Positions 1 through 16,780 of a stretch of DNA of 64,000 nucleotides are shown in pieces (the stretch's first letter is position 1; every line of letters starts with the position of its first letter). Both the position numbers and the translations under genes were made by a program. A model generated the notes under the pieces. That model saw only the letters and a list, made by a program, of their open reading frames with translations. It was not told where the DNA came from and did not search any database. Source of the DNA: the human T2T-CHM13v2.0 reference genome, Homo sapiens. The DNA is taken from NCBI RefSeq assembly GCF_009914755.1, contig NC_060928.1. The stretch is one strand, 5' to 3'.

Positions 1-356
1 TAATGTTTGTGCCATGTCATTTCTTTAGTATTTTGTTACTTAACAGGAGATATTTTCTAAAATATACAATAATATAAAGCTAAAAGGAATGAAAATTATA
101 CATGGCAAGAAATTATTTGATTAAACAATAAAAGTACTAAAAGAATTAATTTTTGATGCCCATTGCTTCCAGAAACAGGGCCAGGGGCTTAATTTATATT
201 ATTTCATAACAATGGCTCGTGGTCTGCTCAGGCTTCCCTGACTTGTATGTATGAGGTATTAACAATGAGTATCAGTGATTTTTATTGCCAAAATCATATG
301 CTGCACCAATTTCAACATAGAATTACTCTGGAGTCGTTTTGTATAAGTACAGCATT

Positions 357-1745
<1,389 letters not shown>

Positions 1746-3566
1746 ACAGCATTCTTTGTTGCTAGTTCTTGGCCTTTTTTTCCTGCTACCAGTATTACAT
1801 TTTGCTGTTGAGGTTAGGATCCTGATAAAAGCCAACTTGGGCATTAGTAAATAGAAACCTGTTCTCAAAAGCTACTGTTTAATAATTAAACACGTCCTCA
1901 ACTTTTAAACCAAGGTTGTTTAGAATGGCTCCCTTGAGGCATATTGAACAGTCTGATGTCAGTTGTCCTTCTTCCTAGGATAGATACATTATGAAATGTT
2001 CAATCCAGCCTGAAGTAGGCAAAATAGAGAGCATGGAAAAATAAATATGCTATGTCCTGGCCGATGTATAGAACTCAAGCACATAGAGTGTGATTTCTCA
2101 TTGACAATAAAATAGTGGACATCTGGTTTATGAAGTTCTCAGCAGTACCATAAATAAATTTCAAAAACAGAGTTATCTTTTGATAATGACAATGTTGATA
2201 TTAAAACAATGTTACTTGAGATGTCCTAAATAATATGCTGCAGTGTTACTTTTTTGATATAATAATAAAGTATTTTACTCAAAACTTTCCTGACCTTTAT
2301 AGCAATCCTTAAAAGCACTTCTAAAGCACTAGTTGTCACAGATATTTAAGAAATGGTTTCTAACATAAATGCTGTGCATCACATGCTAGCAGAACACTTT
2401 GCCAGCAAAGCCAGCAAATTACAAGAAATGCACATTCCAGAACTTTCAAAGATCAGGTTATCACTGTTCATCCTGACCTGAAGAAGACAAGAGTTATTCT
2501 TGTTCATAGGTTCAGAGTCTACACCAATAGACCCTGACATTTGAAATGCCCCCTTGAATGTTTTCTGTCCCTAATTTTAAAAAACACTGGGAATTCTAGT
2601 CAGTATCTCAGCACTCACACAAGCTGGCATCAGAGATGGCACCACACATGACCATTAGAACTAAGGGAGATATTATCAGAGGTTCCTCGTTATTATAGGA
2701 GATAAGTGTTACAAGGTAGGATGAGAAGAGATACACAGCGTATCAAGAGTGATGTTTTAATGAAAAGGATATATTATGTTTCTGTGTTACATCTGAAAGG
2801 AAACAAAACTATGACATATTTTAGGCATGCTGCCCAACACATATGGCCAGTGTGCATAAAAGATAAGCTTGGTTGTGCTACAAAGTGCTGTGGCTTAGAG
2901 ACAGGCTGGTTGGGCACAGTTCTAGAGAGCTTGCTAGGGGTGGTGATGTTGGCGCACATCAAGGGAGGAAGGCTGAACACAGCAGAGGATGGCTATGTGT
3001 AATATAAAACATCGCATCAGATGCTGCAGAGTAAGCGGCTTCTGCCTCTACACACAGTGAAGAGCCACATACTGGCATAAGAAATTTAAGATTTTCAAAT
3101 GAACCTGTTTCATATTATTTCACTTTTTCACATACTCTTTATGCACTTCTTTATTTTCTTTAGAATATCTAGTGACATGTACCAATTACATATTTGAGGT
3201 GGAATTCACTAATCAATATGTTATCCAAGGTATCCAAAATTTATTTTTCTTGCCCTGTTATTAAGGTCTGATAGGACTTTGAGATTGATTATTAATTGCA
3301 GTAAAAACATATATGTAATATTTACCATCTTAACCATTTCTAAGTGTGCCACATACTTATGTTAGCTACATTCACATACATCTACAACAAATTTCCAGAA
3401 TTTTCTCAACTTGCAAAACTGAAACTCTATATCAATTGAACAACAATTCTCACCTCCCTCCCCCATATGGAAACCTTCATTCTACTTACTGTCTGTATGA
3501 ATTTGACTACTTAAGATACTTCATATAAGTGGAATCATACAATATTTGTCTTTTTTTGTTACTGTA

Positions 3567-3876
3567 TTTTTTTTTTTTTGAGATGGAGTCTTGCACTGTC
3601 ACCCAGGCTGGAGTGCAGTGGTGAAACCTTGGCTCACTGCAACCTCTGCCTCCCTCCCGGGTTCAAGCGATTCTCCTGCCTCAGCCTCTTGAGTAGCTGG
3701 GACTACGGGTGGGTACCTCCATGCCCGGCTAATTTTTTTTTTTTTTTTTTGTATTTTTAGTACAGACGGGGTTTCACTCTGTTGGCCAAGCTGGTCTCAA
3801 ACTCCTGACCTAGTGATCCACCTGCCTCAGCCTCCCAAAGTGCCTGGATTACAGGCGTGAGCCACCAAGCCTGGTT
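3567..3876 (-). mobile_element. Alu (AluS-like)
   Basis: Poly-T followed by gagatggagtcttgcactgtcacccaggctggagtgcagtgg...gattacaggcgtgagccacc. Confidence 0.96.
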
Positions 3877-4012
3877 TGGATTTTTTAATTTAACGTAAGA
3901 TTCTCAAGGTGCCTCCATGTTTTAGCTTCTGGCAGAATTTCATTTGTTGTTTAAGACTGAATACTATTCCACTGTGTGTACATACCACATTTTCTTCACT
4001 CATTAACCCACG

Positions 4013-4454
4013 TGTGAGAAACACGCTCACCCGTCCAAACCCAAAGAATGGACTTAGAAGCATGAAGAAGGGCGAAAGCGGTCTTGCAAGATCGTTTGTC
4101 TGGTAGGCAGGTAAACCCGGAACAGTTACAACAGGTAATTTATCTCCTGGCAGGCAAGTCCCTCCCCCAGTTTCTCACTGGTCGAGTGCTATGGGGTTAC
4201 AATATTCCGGGGCATTGCCTAAGTTTTATTATCCTCCTTATAAGGTTATAACCTGGTCCCCTTCCCCGCTTGTTTTCATTTCCCAATAACGAAATTTGCT
4301 TTCCTTTTATGGGCTGATCCCTCCTTTACATTCTGTTGGTTTATCGTGACCTTCTAGGTGCATGAGCCGTGCAGTTTGTTACATTTGCAGGCTGGATGCC
4401 AGTACCTAGACTTATCATGCCTTGAAAATGGACCATTTAAAATATTTTCTCACA
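4013..4454 (-). mobile_element. ERV1 solo LTR, LTR15-like
   Basis: TG...CA ends with terminal inverted repeat tgtgagaaa/tttctcaca, 442 bp, inserted into contiguous L1 sequence; body matches recalled LTR15 consensus. Confidence 0.75.
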
Positions 4455-5575
4455 CATTGCTGCACCAGGGTTGTTGTCACCTTTTGGTTTTGTGAATAGT
4501 ACCACTATGGGCATGAGTGTACAAATATATTTTAAGGCCCTGCCTTCAATTATTTTAGATACATACCCAGAAATGAGATTGTTGGATCATATGGTAGTTA
4601 CATTTTTAATTTTTTGAGGAAGCTTTATACTGTTTTCCATAGCAGCTGCATCATTTTACGTTTCTACCACCAGTGCAAAGGGTTCCAATTTCTCCATATC
4701 ATATCCAACACTTGTTATTTTCTGGGTTTTTCTGAATAATGGCCATCCTAATAGGTGTAAGGTGATATTTCTTTGTGGTTTTGTTTTGCATTTTTCTAAT
4801 GATTAGTGATGTTGAGCATATTTTCATATGCTTGTTCGCTATTTGTATATTGTCTTTAAGAAAATGTCTATTCAACCCTGTCTATTTTTAATAGGGTTAT
4901 TTGTTTTTTATTGTTGAGTTGTAGAAATTTTTTAATATATTCTATATATCAGGACCTTATCAAATGCACGATTAGCAAATATTTTCTCCAATTCCATATG
5001 TTGCCTTTTCACTCTGATGATTGTTTCCTTTGAGCAAAGAAGATTTTTTAAAATTTGGTGCAGTCCCATTTATCTATTTTTGTATGTTACCTGTGCTTTT
5101 GGTACAATACTTAAAAAATATTGCTAAATCCAATGTTATGAAGTTTTTCTTCTCTGTTTTCTTCTTGGGATTTTATAGTTTGGTCTTATGTTTAGGTCTT
5201 TAATTCACTTTTAGTTAATTTTTGCATGGTGTAAGGATCTAATTTCATTATTTTGTATGTGGATATCCAGAATTCCCAACACTATTTGTTCAAGAGAATG
5301 CCTTTTCCCTATTGTGTGGTCTTAGCATATTCAACCCTTATTGAAGATCCTTTGTCCATATATAAAAGAGTTTATGCCTGCTATTCTCTTTCATTTCTCT
5401 ATATGTCTGCTTTTTATGCCAGTACCACACTGTTTTTATTACTACAGCTTTGTAATATGCTTTGGAATAAGGAATTGTGAGATTTTTAAACTTGGTTTTC
5501 TTTCCTTAAAGATTGTTTTGGCTATTCAAGATCCCTTCAAATTTCATGTGAATTTTAGGATTTTCCCCTTAATCT

Positions 5576-5608
<33 letters not shown>

Positions 5609-5959
5609 ATGCTATTGGGATTTGATAGGAATTGGATTGAATCAGTGGATGCTTTGGCTACTATGAACATTTTAATAGTAATCCTTCTGATATATTAACA
5701 TGGTCAAAATAGTCAAAATTCTTAACCTATTCTGCAACTACTACAAAATGAATGGTATTTCAGACACTCCTAAGACTAGTCATTCTCAAATTTTATGTAA
5801 TTGTAAAATACTTACATGGAACCACAGTTACATTTGGCTAAGTAAAAGAAACTTTGGAAACCTATCCAGTTTTTATCCATAAAATATGCATATTTGTTAT
5901 TTAATTACAGTTTTAAAAACTTCTCAGCATGATAAACAAAGCCAATGTGAAAAGATCTC

Positions 5960-5960
<1 letters not shown>

Positions 5961-5992
<32 letters not shown>
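5961..5992. repeat. (CA)n microsatellite
   Basis: About 16 CA units read directly. Confidence 0.97.
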
Positions 5993-5994
<2 letters not shown>

Positions 5995-6407
5995 CTGTTT
6001 CTTTCCCTCTCTGCATATAATGTCTATAGGTATGTGCTATATGTTATATGTCTCATATATATACACGTACATTATATATGCACAGATACATATTTTTTAA
6101 GTGCAACTTTTAAAAACCTCGTTGTTCAGCTTTAAAATAAGAAAATTTATCACCTTCAGAAGCAAAATAGCACTCAGAAAAGCCAAGGTCATCAATGAGA
6201 ACTGAGGTAGGAGGACACAAATGATTATAGGAATCAAATATAAGCCTTGGAGATCAGTTTTAATGACCACACGGACATGAGATAGACACTAAGGCTCATC
6301 ACTGTAAAGCTACAGATAACTTGTGGATAAATGAAAAGCCACCAAGGAAATGTCTGGACTTTAGTCTTGTTTCATATGTATTTTCTAGCATTGTAAATAA
6401 TACTGCT

Positions 6408-6867
6408 ACATAAGTTTCCTAGGGCTGCCATGACACAATACCACAAATTAGGGGCTTACAACAACAGAAATCTATTCTCACATGGTTCTGGAGACCAGAA
6501 ATTCAAAATCAAGTGTTGGTAGAGTTTGTTTCTTCTGTAAGCTCTGAGAAAAAAAAAAAAAAATTGTTCCATGATTTTCTCTCAGATTCTGGTGGTTTCC
6601 CAAGAATGCTTGGCTTGTAGATGTATCCCTATAGTCTCTATCTTCATCTTCACATCAGATTCTCCTCTTAGTGTCTCTATATCTGAAATCTGTGTTTTAT
6701 GAACACACAGGTCATTTAATTTAGAACCCACACTAAATCCAAATAATTTCATCTTGAGATCCTTAATCCTATCTGCATATATGCTATTTTCAAATAAGGT
6801 CACAATCACAGGTTCTGGGAATTAGGACTTGGACATGTATTTTTGGAGTCACTAATCAACCAACTAC
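6408..6867 (-). mobile_element. MaLR solo LTR, MLT1B/C/D-like
   Basis: agtttcctagggctgccatgacacaataccacaaa...acaacagaaatctattctcacatggttctggag...caaataaggtcacaatcacaggttctgggaattaggacttggacat. Confidence 0.88.
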
Positions 6868-9255
6868 TGCTACCAACATAATTTTGGAAAAGAAATTCAA
6901 ATTAAATCAGTCTAGATTAAGTGAAACTTTCAGATCCTGGTAACGGCAAACTGAAAACCTTCCCTGGACAAGCCAGGTTGTTCTGGATGCCAATGAAAAA
7001 AAAAAAATAAACACAAACTCATAATTATAACCCACGTGAGAGATAGAAAATGACTAGCTCCACACATTTAATAAAAGAAAGATTGTGTTTCAAATAGTCA
7101 GATAAAAAATGTGTTCTACTGTCAAAGTGTACCCTCTTCTAATTGTCAACTGAAATGAATAGGGTAAGAGGGGCACATTAATCTCTCTTTATCATTCTTC
7201 TTTTCTTTCTGTTATTTTAATTCCCTGTTCCATTTCTGCCCCTCTCTTCCTGCTTCTCCTTGTCCTCCTTTTTTCCTCTTCCTCATTTGCCTCTCTCTCC
7301 TTTATTAATTTTCATAATGCAATAAATAATCTGAGATTAGCACTATATGATTAAAGATATATAACAATTAATGGCAGTGTACGATTCTAATAGTTTGGCT
7401 CCTTTCTTTCCTCTTAGAATATTGTAAGATTGGATTCCTTTTGAATGAATTATTGCTGCATAATATCTTACTGACATCAAGAGAAGTTAGAACTTCTAAA
7501 ATAATACTAAGATTTAAACTTGTCTCAATATTTAAAGGTTTTTCATGGTTTTTGCTATAATATTCTGATCAATGTCCATCCTATGTATCTTTGACACAAT
7601 ATCATTTAATTTGGATTTAGGTATTTATAGTACTGGTCATTTTTGTTTAGATGTGTTTTTCCCTAGGTTATGGCAATGATTTATTTTCCCAAGATATAAA
7701 ATAGTATATTTTACTCAATTTTTACCTCATAGCTATTTATGGATTTATAGTCAAGTGTTTTATTTCACAACTTCTGTCTGAGTTTCTATAAATTTGAAAT
7801 TCTATTATTTTAAAAATGGATATGCATACACATACACACATACGCACACATTCTCTAATCTTACTCCACAAGCTACAAATCTGTTGTAAAGTGCTGGTGA
7901 AAAAAATAAATTTATGATTATGACTTTCAGAGGATATTATTCAAAACTCTAAACATCAGAATTCTTTCATAAAATTGGAAGCAGGGTTTTTCAAGGAAAC
8001 TCCCTAGTCTCTGTGCCACAGCTGCTGCCTTTCTGGTGTTAACCCTTAAGCCAGTGCCTTCCTGATTTTCCCAAATAAACAATTATCTTCTACAAATTAC
8101 TTCTCTTTAAAATAGCTAGAATTTTTTGTTATCTGCTGCCAATTGTCATTTGCTATACTATCTGCTATTAGTAGCAATTTGAGTCTATGGACCTTCTAGG
8201 CCCTTTTGTCAGAAATTAGAGTTTATCCAATCATATAGTGTTTGAAAGTGATGAAGCTATGTAGTTAGTGTTAAAACGTGAGACTCAGGTTGTATATAAT
8301 ACACAGTACAAATATTATTTATATCATTACCTGTGTTTGTTATAAATAAAATCTCTTTTATGGCAGGCTAAAGTACACTAAATGGAGACAACCATCACAA
8401 AATAAAAGTATTGTAGGATTAAATGGCTTCTTTAACTGCCATAGAGCTCTGAAAAAAGAAAGCACCTGCTTAGGACTTAAAATGCCTGGCTCAGAGCATG
8501 AAGACTTATGTCTGCCTTTAAAAAAGGTCACTTAAAGTCACATAGCTGGCGTACCAAATTAGATATAGAATTTCATTTCCTGGGCTGCTGTGCTACAAAA
8601 TAGATCAAATTCAAATTCATAGCCATGATAAAATTATGGGAAGCTAAGAGCATTGATTGGCAGAGTATGACGCTCCTGGGGGGCAGAATCAGTGTCTTCC
8701 TGTTATGTGAGCTTGGCCCTCTGTTTCATCAGGATCTTCTTGTGACATCACAAGAGAAAGGCTTTTTGCAAGGTAATACCAACTTTCCTTATGGCACTTT
8801 ACCAGTTACTAGAATCAGAGGATTCATTTCAAACCGAGGAATAAGTTATATAACAAAAAGATTACAAGATTTTGCTGATTTATACTGGTGAAGCTGGCAC
8901 AGGGATCAGATTTTAATGAAATCAAATGAAAGAGGGGAGAATGTATTTTAAGTAGGCTTGGACTAGTACATTTGTTTTTGTTTTTGTTTATTTTGATTGT
9001 TTCATTAAATGATTCCTGAACCCAAAAGTGGCCTACATGTAAAATGATATGACAAAACTTCTTTTTTATAATACAGAAGAAGGTATCCAAAGGCCTGGGT
9101 AGATAGGAAGGCTAGAGAATATATCTATTACATATGGCTGCTCACACATCACTTAAATACATGTTTTCCTCACTGCAATAATGCTTTCCCTAAATCTCTA
9201 TCCATAAACTTAACTTTTAAAAAATCATTATATTAGCCAACACTGATTTTGATTA

Positions 9256-9519
<264 letters not shown>

Positions 9520-12036
9520 ATGAAATTCACTAGGATTTATCATGTATGCCCCAAGAAGAAGTCACTGTCCTGATACACGGGAGATATGGCCTGCTATTAT
9601 GAAAACATCCATACTTACGCTGTTACATGGTAGGCCACACTTAAAATACTGGCGTTCAGACATACAGGTTGGATTATATTTATACCAAATGCCTATTGCT
9701 TTGGAAAGCTAATGCCATTTCCACTCTCAAAAACCATATGAGAATTGAAAAGTTTTTTGATTTTTTTTCCAGAATCCAACTTCTGCTAGCTTCTAGACAT
9801 TATTAATTTATTAGAAAGAAAACAAAAAAGAACACATTGTCATTCTGTTTTATATAGTATATGGATTATATTTAAATTTTACTATGAGGTTTAAAAGTGC
9901 TTAGCTAAGAAAATGTTAAGAATACATAAATAACTTAAAAAGGAACAAAATAATGTTCAGAATAATTCTATCACTTAGCCGTAGAGCATATGGCTAGAGG
10001 CTTTAGTTTCATTCTTCAGTAAAAATATACAAGTCTGCTATTAAATAATTTCCCTATTTCTCAAAGTTTTAAAGTTTATCAGGTATATTCACATATTTAA
10101 TGACCAAAAGTAATTAAAAGTTTATAATTCTTCAAAAGTTAATTGAAAGAAACAAATATATTTAAATAACTATTTTTATTCATTGTTCAGACTGAATGAT
10201 AATAATTTTACCATGATTTGAGTATGTTGTTCTATGTTATATAATCTTTAGCAGAAAAAAAATTTCCCCATAGGAAAGTATTGAAAATTAAGTTACATTA
10301 TGTTAGTGTTACGCTTTTCTCTAAAATATCTGGTCTCAGTTTTTTTGGAAATAAGTACTAAGCATATATATACCCAACTAGATGAACTATTGATCTGTTC
10401 CACTGTGGAAACTCCTTATACGTTTGTTGTTACTGTTAATTTTAGTTTTCTCTATTGTTGTCTAAGTGAACACTCAATTGTCAAAGCCTTTGTTCAGAGT
10501 AACACAAAGGCCAATAGGTTGATACATGACACAGAGATTTTTAACACAGATATTTTAAATTATCTGTGCTACACAAAGTTGGCTCGTATAATAAGTGTGT
10601 TTTCTCCCATCCTGAATTAATCATTGCCTTATTTTGATAGCACCTAGCACTATTACTGTATAGAGAAATGCTCATGGGAAAAAAATCAAGATTCAATAAT
10701 GCGGTGATTTATCAAGGTAAAGACATTGTGAATAATTTATCTTTGTAGCATTTCCCAGTGTTTTCACTTTGCCTGACACATAATAAATTACTGACTAATT
10801 TTTTTTGAATGTTTATGCGAGCGATGTTGTGAAAAATAAGGTTTCTCTCTCCATATTTGTGACTACATAAAGTTAACAATTGATTAATATGATTAATTTT
10901 CAACTTGATTCAAGCAACAGTGTCTGGCCTGCATAGGCGCTGAATAATTCACGTTAAAATACAGCTTATAATTCACAGAACTATACTGTTTTATTATCTT
11001 TGCCCAAATATTAATGTAAAAAGTCTTCTTCCCTAAATATTTCAATTAATCTTCTAAGAAACCCACATGACCCTTACTCTACTCTAATTTCCACAGACTG
11101 TGAAAATATACCAAAAGTTGAAGAGCAGCTGAATTCCAACTGTGAGTATTTATTCGCCCAAATGAGTGATTAGATATTTAAAGTAAGCTGAGGAAATAAA
11201 ATTAAGAATGCAGTCTGAAACACGAAAGTTATCTTGTGAAATTGAATATCAATGATATAAAAACTAATGAGATTTGCAAGAACCTCCCTGTCATTTTTAG
11301 GCATACATTAATGACACGGAAATATTAAAGTAGAAAAATGGTAGGGCATAATTAGGAAATATTTTTATTTAAAGAGAGCCATGAAAAATAAAGAAGATTA
11401 TATATCAGTAGAGTAATTTTATGCAGAATCCATTTCATTTATGTAACACAATTTGGTTTTATCTTTTGCTTGGCCTGTATTACATCGGACAGATTAGGCA
11501 TTTATAATTATCAGTGCAGATTGTTACAAAGTAAGGACTGAATATTAGATTTTAGATTAGGAATAATAAAGTATGAAAATAAAGGATGCTCAAAAAAGTA
11601 AATATTTACTTTCTTTGGGTGGTGACGTAGACACAATGATTTTAATACATCATGTTTTTAGGAAAGGGAATAGAGGAAATCGGTAAATTTTATAAAATAA
11701 TAAATACTACTGTAGCTAATTTTTTTCTTAACATATGAAAGTGTTGGTGATACTCTGTATTGTGCTTTTAGCACGTTGGCAGATACTCTTATTTAGAGAT
11801 TAAACCTATTTTGATCTACAGTAATCCAGTACTTAGACACATGCACCTTCTAAAATGACTACAATGCAGAACTATTGGTCAAATCAATTTATTTAGCTAG
11901 AAACCACTCCGTCAATCACTCCATGATTTTAAAATCATGTAGACAAAGAAAGTGATATAATTCTTGCTTTAATTTTGTAAAGTAAAGCAAATTTATAAAT
12001 TTTATTAATAATTAGTTTAAACTTTTAAGTTTCTGA

Positions 12037-12373
<337 letters not shown>

Positions 12374-14669
12374 TGGAATAGATGTTTCTTATAGCTGCCA
12401 TTTGCTGGGTCACGAGTTTCTAAATTTAAAACATGAGATAGGTGTGGAGGTGTATCGTATTCCCCAAGACTCTAGTTTGAACATTCTTTTAATCTCCAAA
12501 TAGAAGTGTTAATTCTATAAGAAGCTTTCAAATACACAGTTTTTTCATATAAAGAGTTGAAATGAAAAGAAGTATGACTACACAAGGGCATTTTACAGTT
12601 GACTAAGCAGTTCATTTAACCCAAACTGTTTATACAAGAAATAGATTTTAACCAAGAAAAATGTACATTAAATAAAATAATAATTTCCACATTATCTTTA
12701 TTATAGGTCATATAAAGAGCATACGTTCTGAGGACTAACTCTGGAAAATATTTCCATTGTATTTGTTTCTATAGATTTAATGTTGTGATCTATTTCTTCT
12801 CTTTCTTCAGACACATACCTAAAACCTATGTTCCCTCTCCCAAAGTACACAATCCCTCACCAATTCACCCAATAATTTCCAAGTATCATATTTAGCTAAA
12901 TATTTTAGGTAACATAGGACTGCTGTGATAGTTAAAACTAGATCAATTCTCATGTCTTCTACATAGTTCACATGTATTATTTATAAGAAAAATATTTCCT
13001 GCTCCAGTGACTATTTAGTACAGTATTCTCTCCACCCAGAATTGTTTTCCTAAGTTTTCTAGAGAAATTTCTCCTTCTTTAAAACTAAAGTTAAAAGTTA
13101 CCTGTCCTGAGAAACTTATCTGCACATCTCCAAGCACAGGAAATACCTCCCTCGCCTAATTTTTGTTCTCTTAACACCCAAATGGTCATTGGCGTAAGTG
13201 TACAGTCACAACTGTGATAAGTTTATGTCAAAGTTATTGTCATCTTTGTGTCCACAGCACCTAGAAGTCCCTGACTCTAAATACTTAATAACATTTGAGA
13301 TAAATTTTTTAAAATAATATGTTTATAATAAATGGTATGTCTCCTCCTACAATAAATTCTGTTATAAAATAACTTCCATTTCCACACAAGAACTGGGAAA
13401 CTGAATTTCTATGTGGGTTTGGGAAAAGAAGGAATACCAGATAGTATCTCTTGTGGAAACCACTGTTAGCCATATTTTTGTCAGCTGTACCAAGGAATAT
13501 TCCGGACATGCTAAGTTTGGATGCAGCCAAATATGTTCATGTCCCAAGGATATCAATTTTGTTTGTGAATGCGGCTGTGGTACTGTCTTTTTATTGGTTC
13601 CTTTATCCTTGTTAGGCAATACCTGCACCATTCCCCTCACGTTGCAATCTTAGCAGATATGTTCAGTTCAAACAAGGCTTCTTATTGAGGCATATGGGCA
13701 TAGGCATAACTTTACTGATGTAATATTGATTATTTACTTATTAATTCTCTGCTTATGATAGTTCCTTAATAAATTCACTCTATTTTACCATCAAAACTGA
13801 TCTCAGTATTCAATGCCAACATCTATAAAATTTATGACAACAATTTCATTCTGATATCCCTGCCTGACTAGCTTCTAATTTCAATACACAATTAGCCCCA
13901 GCTAGATTCTTTTACAATATCTTTTGTGTTATTTAATTATCTTGCATAATTTCTAATATTTTACATTCTGTTAACTTAATGTCTAACAATTCTAACTTTC
14001 CTTTAAAGCCTCATACTCTTGATTAATCTAAATTTCAGCTGGTCTTTGTTGTTTTTCTGAAGTTTCCTCATACTTCAACTAGATTTCTCACTGGCCTCTG
14101 ACCAAGAGTTATGCATGTATTCTCTAAGACTTGTTTTATGTTGTTCACCTGACAAGAAATTTCTGTTGATTATGCATCCTAGTTAAACAATCATCCTTTG
14201 ATTCTCTACAGAACTCATTATGTATACCACTAGATACTTATAATTTACTATCTACTACAACTTATTTCCTTCTTAGGCATACAAGATTTATCTTTAAATT
14301 GGATTTTAAATAGAATAGAGTCTTATAACTGTTATACACGTTAAATCTATCATAGATTTTGTACAAAATTGGTATTAGTAATATCAGTTTATTCCATAAA
14401 AATTATTTTCAGTTCCCTTTATTACATATCTATAAATTATTCTTTCTCTTGTACTAAAATTTATGTTTCTAAAACCCACTGATTTCTGAAAAATATTTCT
14501 CATGAAAAATACCAAAAATGCACATTTAAATTGATTTTATTTCATATTTTCAGATTAATAACTGCTGTAGCCAAAATTGGAACATTAGAATACAATAGTA
14601 GTTGTTATAAGCTTATGACAATCCAAATATGTGTTACTCTCTGTTGTAGTAGTTTTCTTATACTTTTTG

Positions 14670-15866
14670 ACCCATAGAGATGGTTAAAATTACATCGATT
14701 TTCTACCCCTCCTTGTTAGTATTTGGTTTACAATGTACTTTGTAGTTTATCTATTTCATTCCGGTCTCACCTTGTGACTGGCTTTGACCTGTAGAAAGTA
14801 GAAGTTATACATAGCATGCAAATTTGTAGTCTTACCCTCAAAAGACATTGCCACATCAATGTAAGCAAACCTGGGCTGAGTGATGGGAGACCATATGAAA
14901 CTAAGCCACATTATCCCAATCGAGGCATCTTAAACCAGCCAACTCACAGTGAGCAAGCCTAGCTGAGATCAGTTGAATCTGCAGAGATCAACAAAACGGT
15001 GGAGTAATATGGACTGGGGAGCTCCTCCAGGGAGAACTGGGTCCCACTGAAGGAACATGCACTGTCCGCAGAGGGGAGGATCTATGAATACCTTCACAGC
15101 AGGATTTCAGAACTGAGAGGAAGAAGTGAATGCTGTGTGCCTCCTATCTATCCTCTTTCTAATGGAACTATTTCTTTCTCTACTGTATATTGAAAATGTG
15201 GCAGTTATGTAACTTCTTATGCTCCTAGGCCTCTGGATCAAGAAGATTCATATCTGAGGAGGCACATTCACATTTGCTATAAATAGATTCTGACATTGGA
15301 GCCAGACTGGGGACAGGAGTTGGGTTGGGGTGAGCCTATTTTGCATATGAGAAGGGACATGAAAAAGTGGTGCCAGTTGGACTATGGTAAGTTAAAAAAT
15401 GGCCTCCTTTGCCATCTATTCAGTTATCCACTCTTTTTTATGATGTGACTTTACAACTTTCTCATTAAAAATTGGTCTGCACTTCCTTACCTTTTAAATG
15501 TGCGTTGGCCATGTGGTTTGACTAAGAGGTTTAATTGGAAGTAAAATTGTACCAGGTGTGACACTACTTTTTCTAAGACTTTGCACACTTCTGCTCTCTC
15601 TCAGCAGCTTTTCACTAGCATGAGATCTAGTCTTTTAGAAAATGAGACCACATAGATCCAACTTCTGTCCCAGCAGAGGTTGTTTTCGACCAGCCAGTCC
15701 CAACGCAACTAGCCAGTAGACAGCAGATATAACTGGCATTAGCTATGACTGGCTCTGGTTACCAGAACCACCTACACACCCTTTACACTCCTAACTCAAT
15801 AAATCTTATTATTTTAAGCCACAAAGTTTGTGGTTAGTTTGTTACATGCCAACAGATAACTGATAA
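14670..15866 (+). mobile_element. MLT1 (G/H-like) partial LTR, internal fragment and LTR
   Basis: LTR-like 14670-15000 (cttgtgactggctttgacc, gtaagcaaacctgggct); MLT1-int 3' end tattttgcatatgagaagggacatgaa leading into tatggtaagttaaaaaatggcc; LTR end ttattattttaagccacaaagtttg...agataactgata. Confidence 0.65.
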
Positions 15867-16064
15867 CTTTTCTATAATTAAAATTATTAAATGTTTACTA
15901 AGCCCTTGATAAGAGAAAGTTGTTTACTAATTCTTTTTCCCAGTGTTTTAATCAATATACATATTTTTCATTAAGTATTGGTAGACTCTGGGTACTCCAG
16001 TTTCCTACTGCAGCCCAAAGATGTGCATGTTAGGTTAAGTGGTGTGTCTAAATGGTCTCAGTCT

Positions 16065-16066
<2 letters not shown>

Positions 16067-16101
<35 letters not shown>
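16067..16101. repeat. (TG)n microsatellite
   Basis: About 17 TG units. Confidence 0.96.
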
Positions 16102-16102
<1 letters not shown>

Positions 16103-16453
16103 ATCCTGCCATGGAATGGCTTTCTGTCTAGGAGTGGTTTCTACCTTGCACGCTGAATGCTGTAATAGGCTCCAGCCACCAATGTCCTCAAATTGGAACA
16201 ACTGGGTAAATAATTATCTTACTTGTTTCCATTAATCTTTTTAAAATATATGTATAACTCATATTTATTCCAATGTTTAATATTTAAAATGTTTGATCTT
16301 TATTTAGAAGCTTGGTGATGTTTCTGTGACCAGGAATACGCTACAGGAATTAACTCTTGTTTATATCAATTAGCCTATGGTAAACTTGGTTTGTTTATAT
16401 CTTCTTTCACTTAGAGTAACAGTTTCCAAGAACATACCAAGATTGTTAGTGAG

Positions 16454-16780
16454 GGCTGGGCGCAGTGGCTCAGGCCTGTAATCCCAGCACTTTGAGAGGC
16501 CGAGGCAGGCTGATCATTTGAGGTCAGGAGTTCAAGATCAGCCTGGCCAACAGGGTAAAACCCCATCTCTATTAGAAATACAAAAATTAGCCAGGCAGGT
16601 GGCATCACGTGCCTGTAATCCCAGCGACTCAGGAGGCTGAGGCAGGAGAATTGCTTGAACCAAGGAGGCAGAGGTTGCAGTGAGCCGAGATCGTACCATG
16701 CACTCCAGCCTGGGCGACAGAGCCAGACTCCGTCTTAAAAAAAAAGAAGAAGAAAAAAGAAAAAGAAAAAAAAAAAAGAA
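16454..16780 (+). mobile_element. Alu (AluS-like)
   Basis: Full dimer with long A-rich tail; ttagtgag repeated on both flanks. Confidence 0.97.

Larger units (their letters stand above)
3290..5700 (-). mobile_element. Old L1 (L1MB-like) 3' UTR plus distal ORF2 fragment, interrupted by an Alu and a solo LTR
   Basis: tttaccatcttaaccatttctaagtgt, ataagtggaatcatacaatatttgtc, tacccagaaatgagattgttggatcatatggtag and gttccaatttctccata are antisense L1 3'-end motifs; no intact ORF. Confidence 0.88.

Noticed and set aside
5578-5607. Long poly(A) as the tail of a processed pseudogene
   Set aside because: Sits at a short A-run of contiguous antisense L1 sequence; best explained as homopolymer expansion
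13309-13653. Three overlapping ORFs, one Cys-rich
   Set aside because: No recognisable family or Cys spacing pattern; treated as chance in unique DNA
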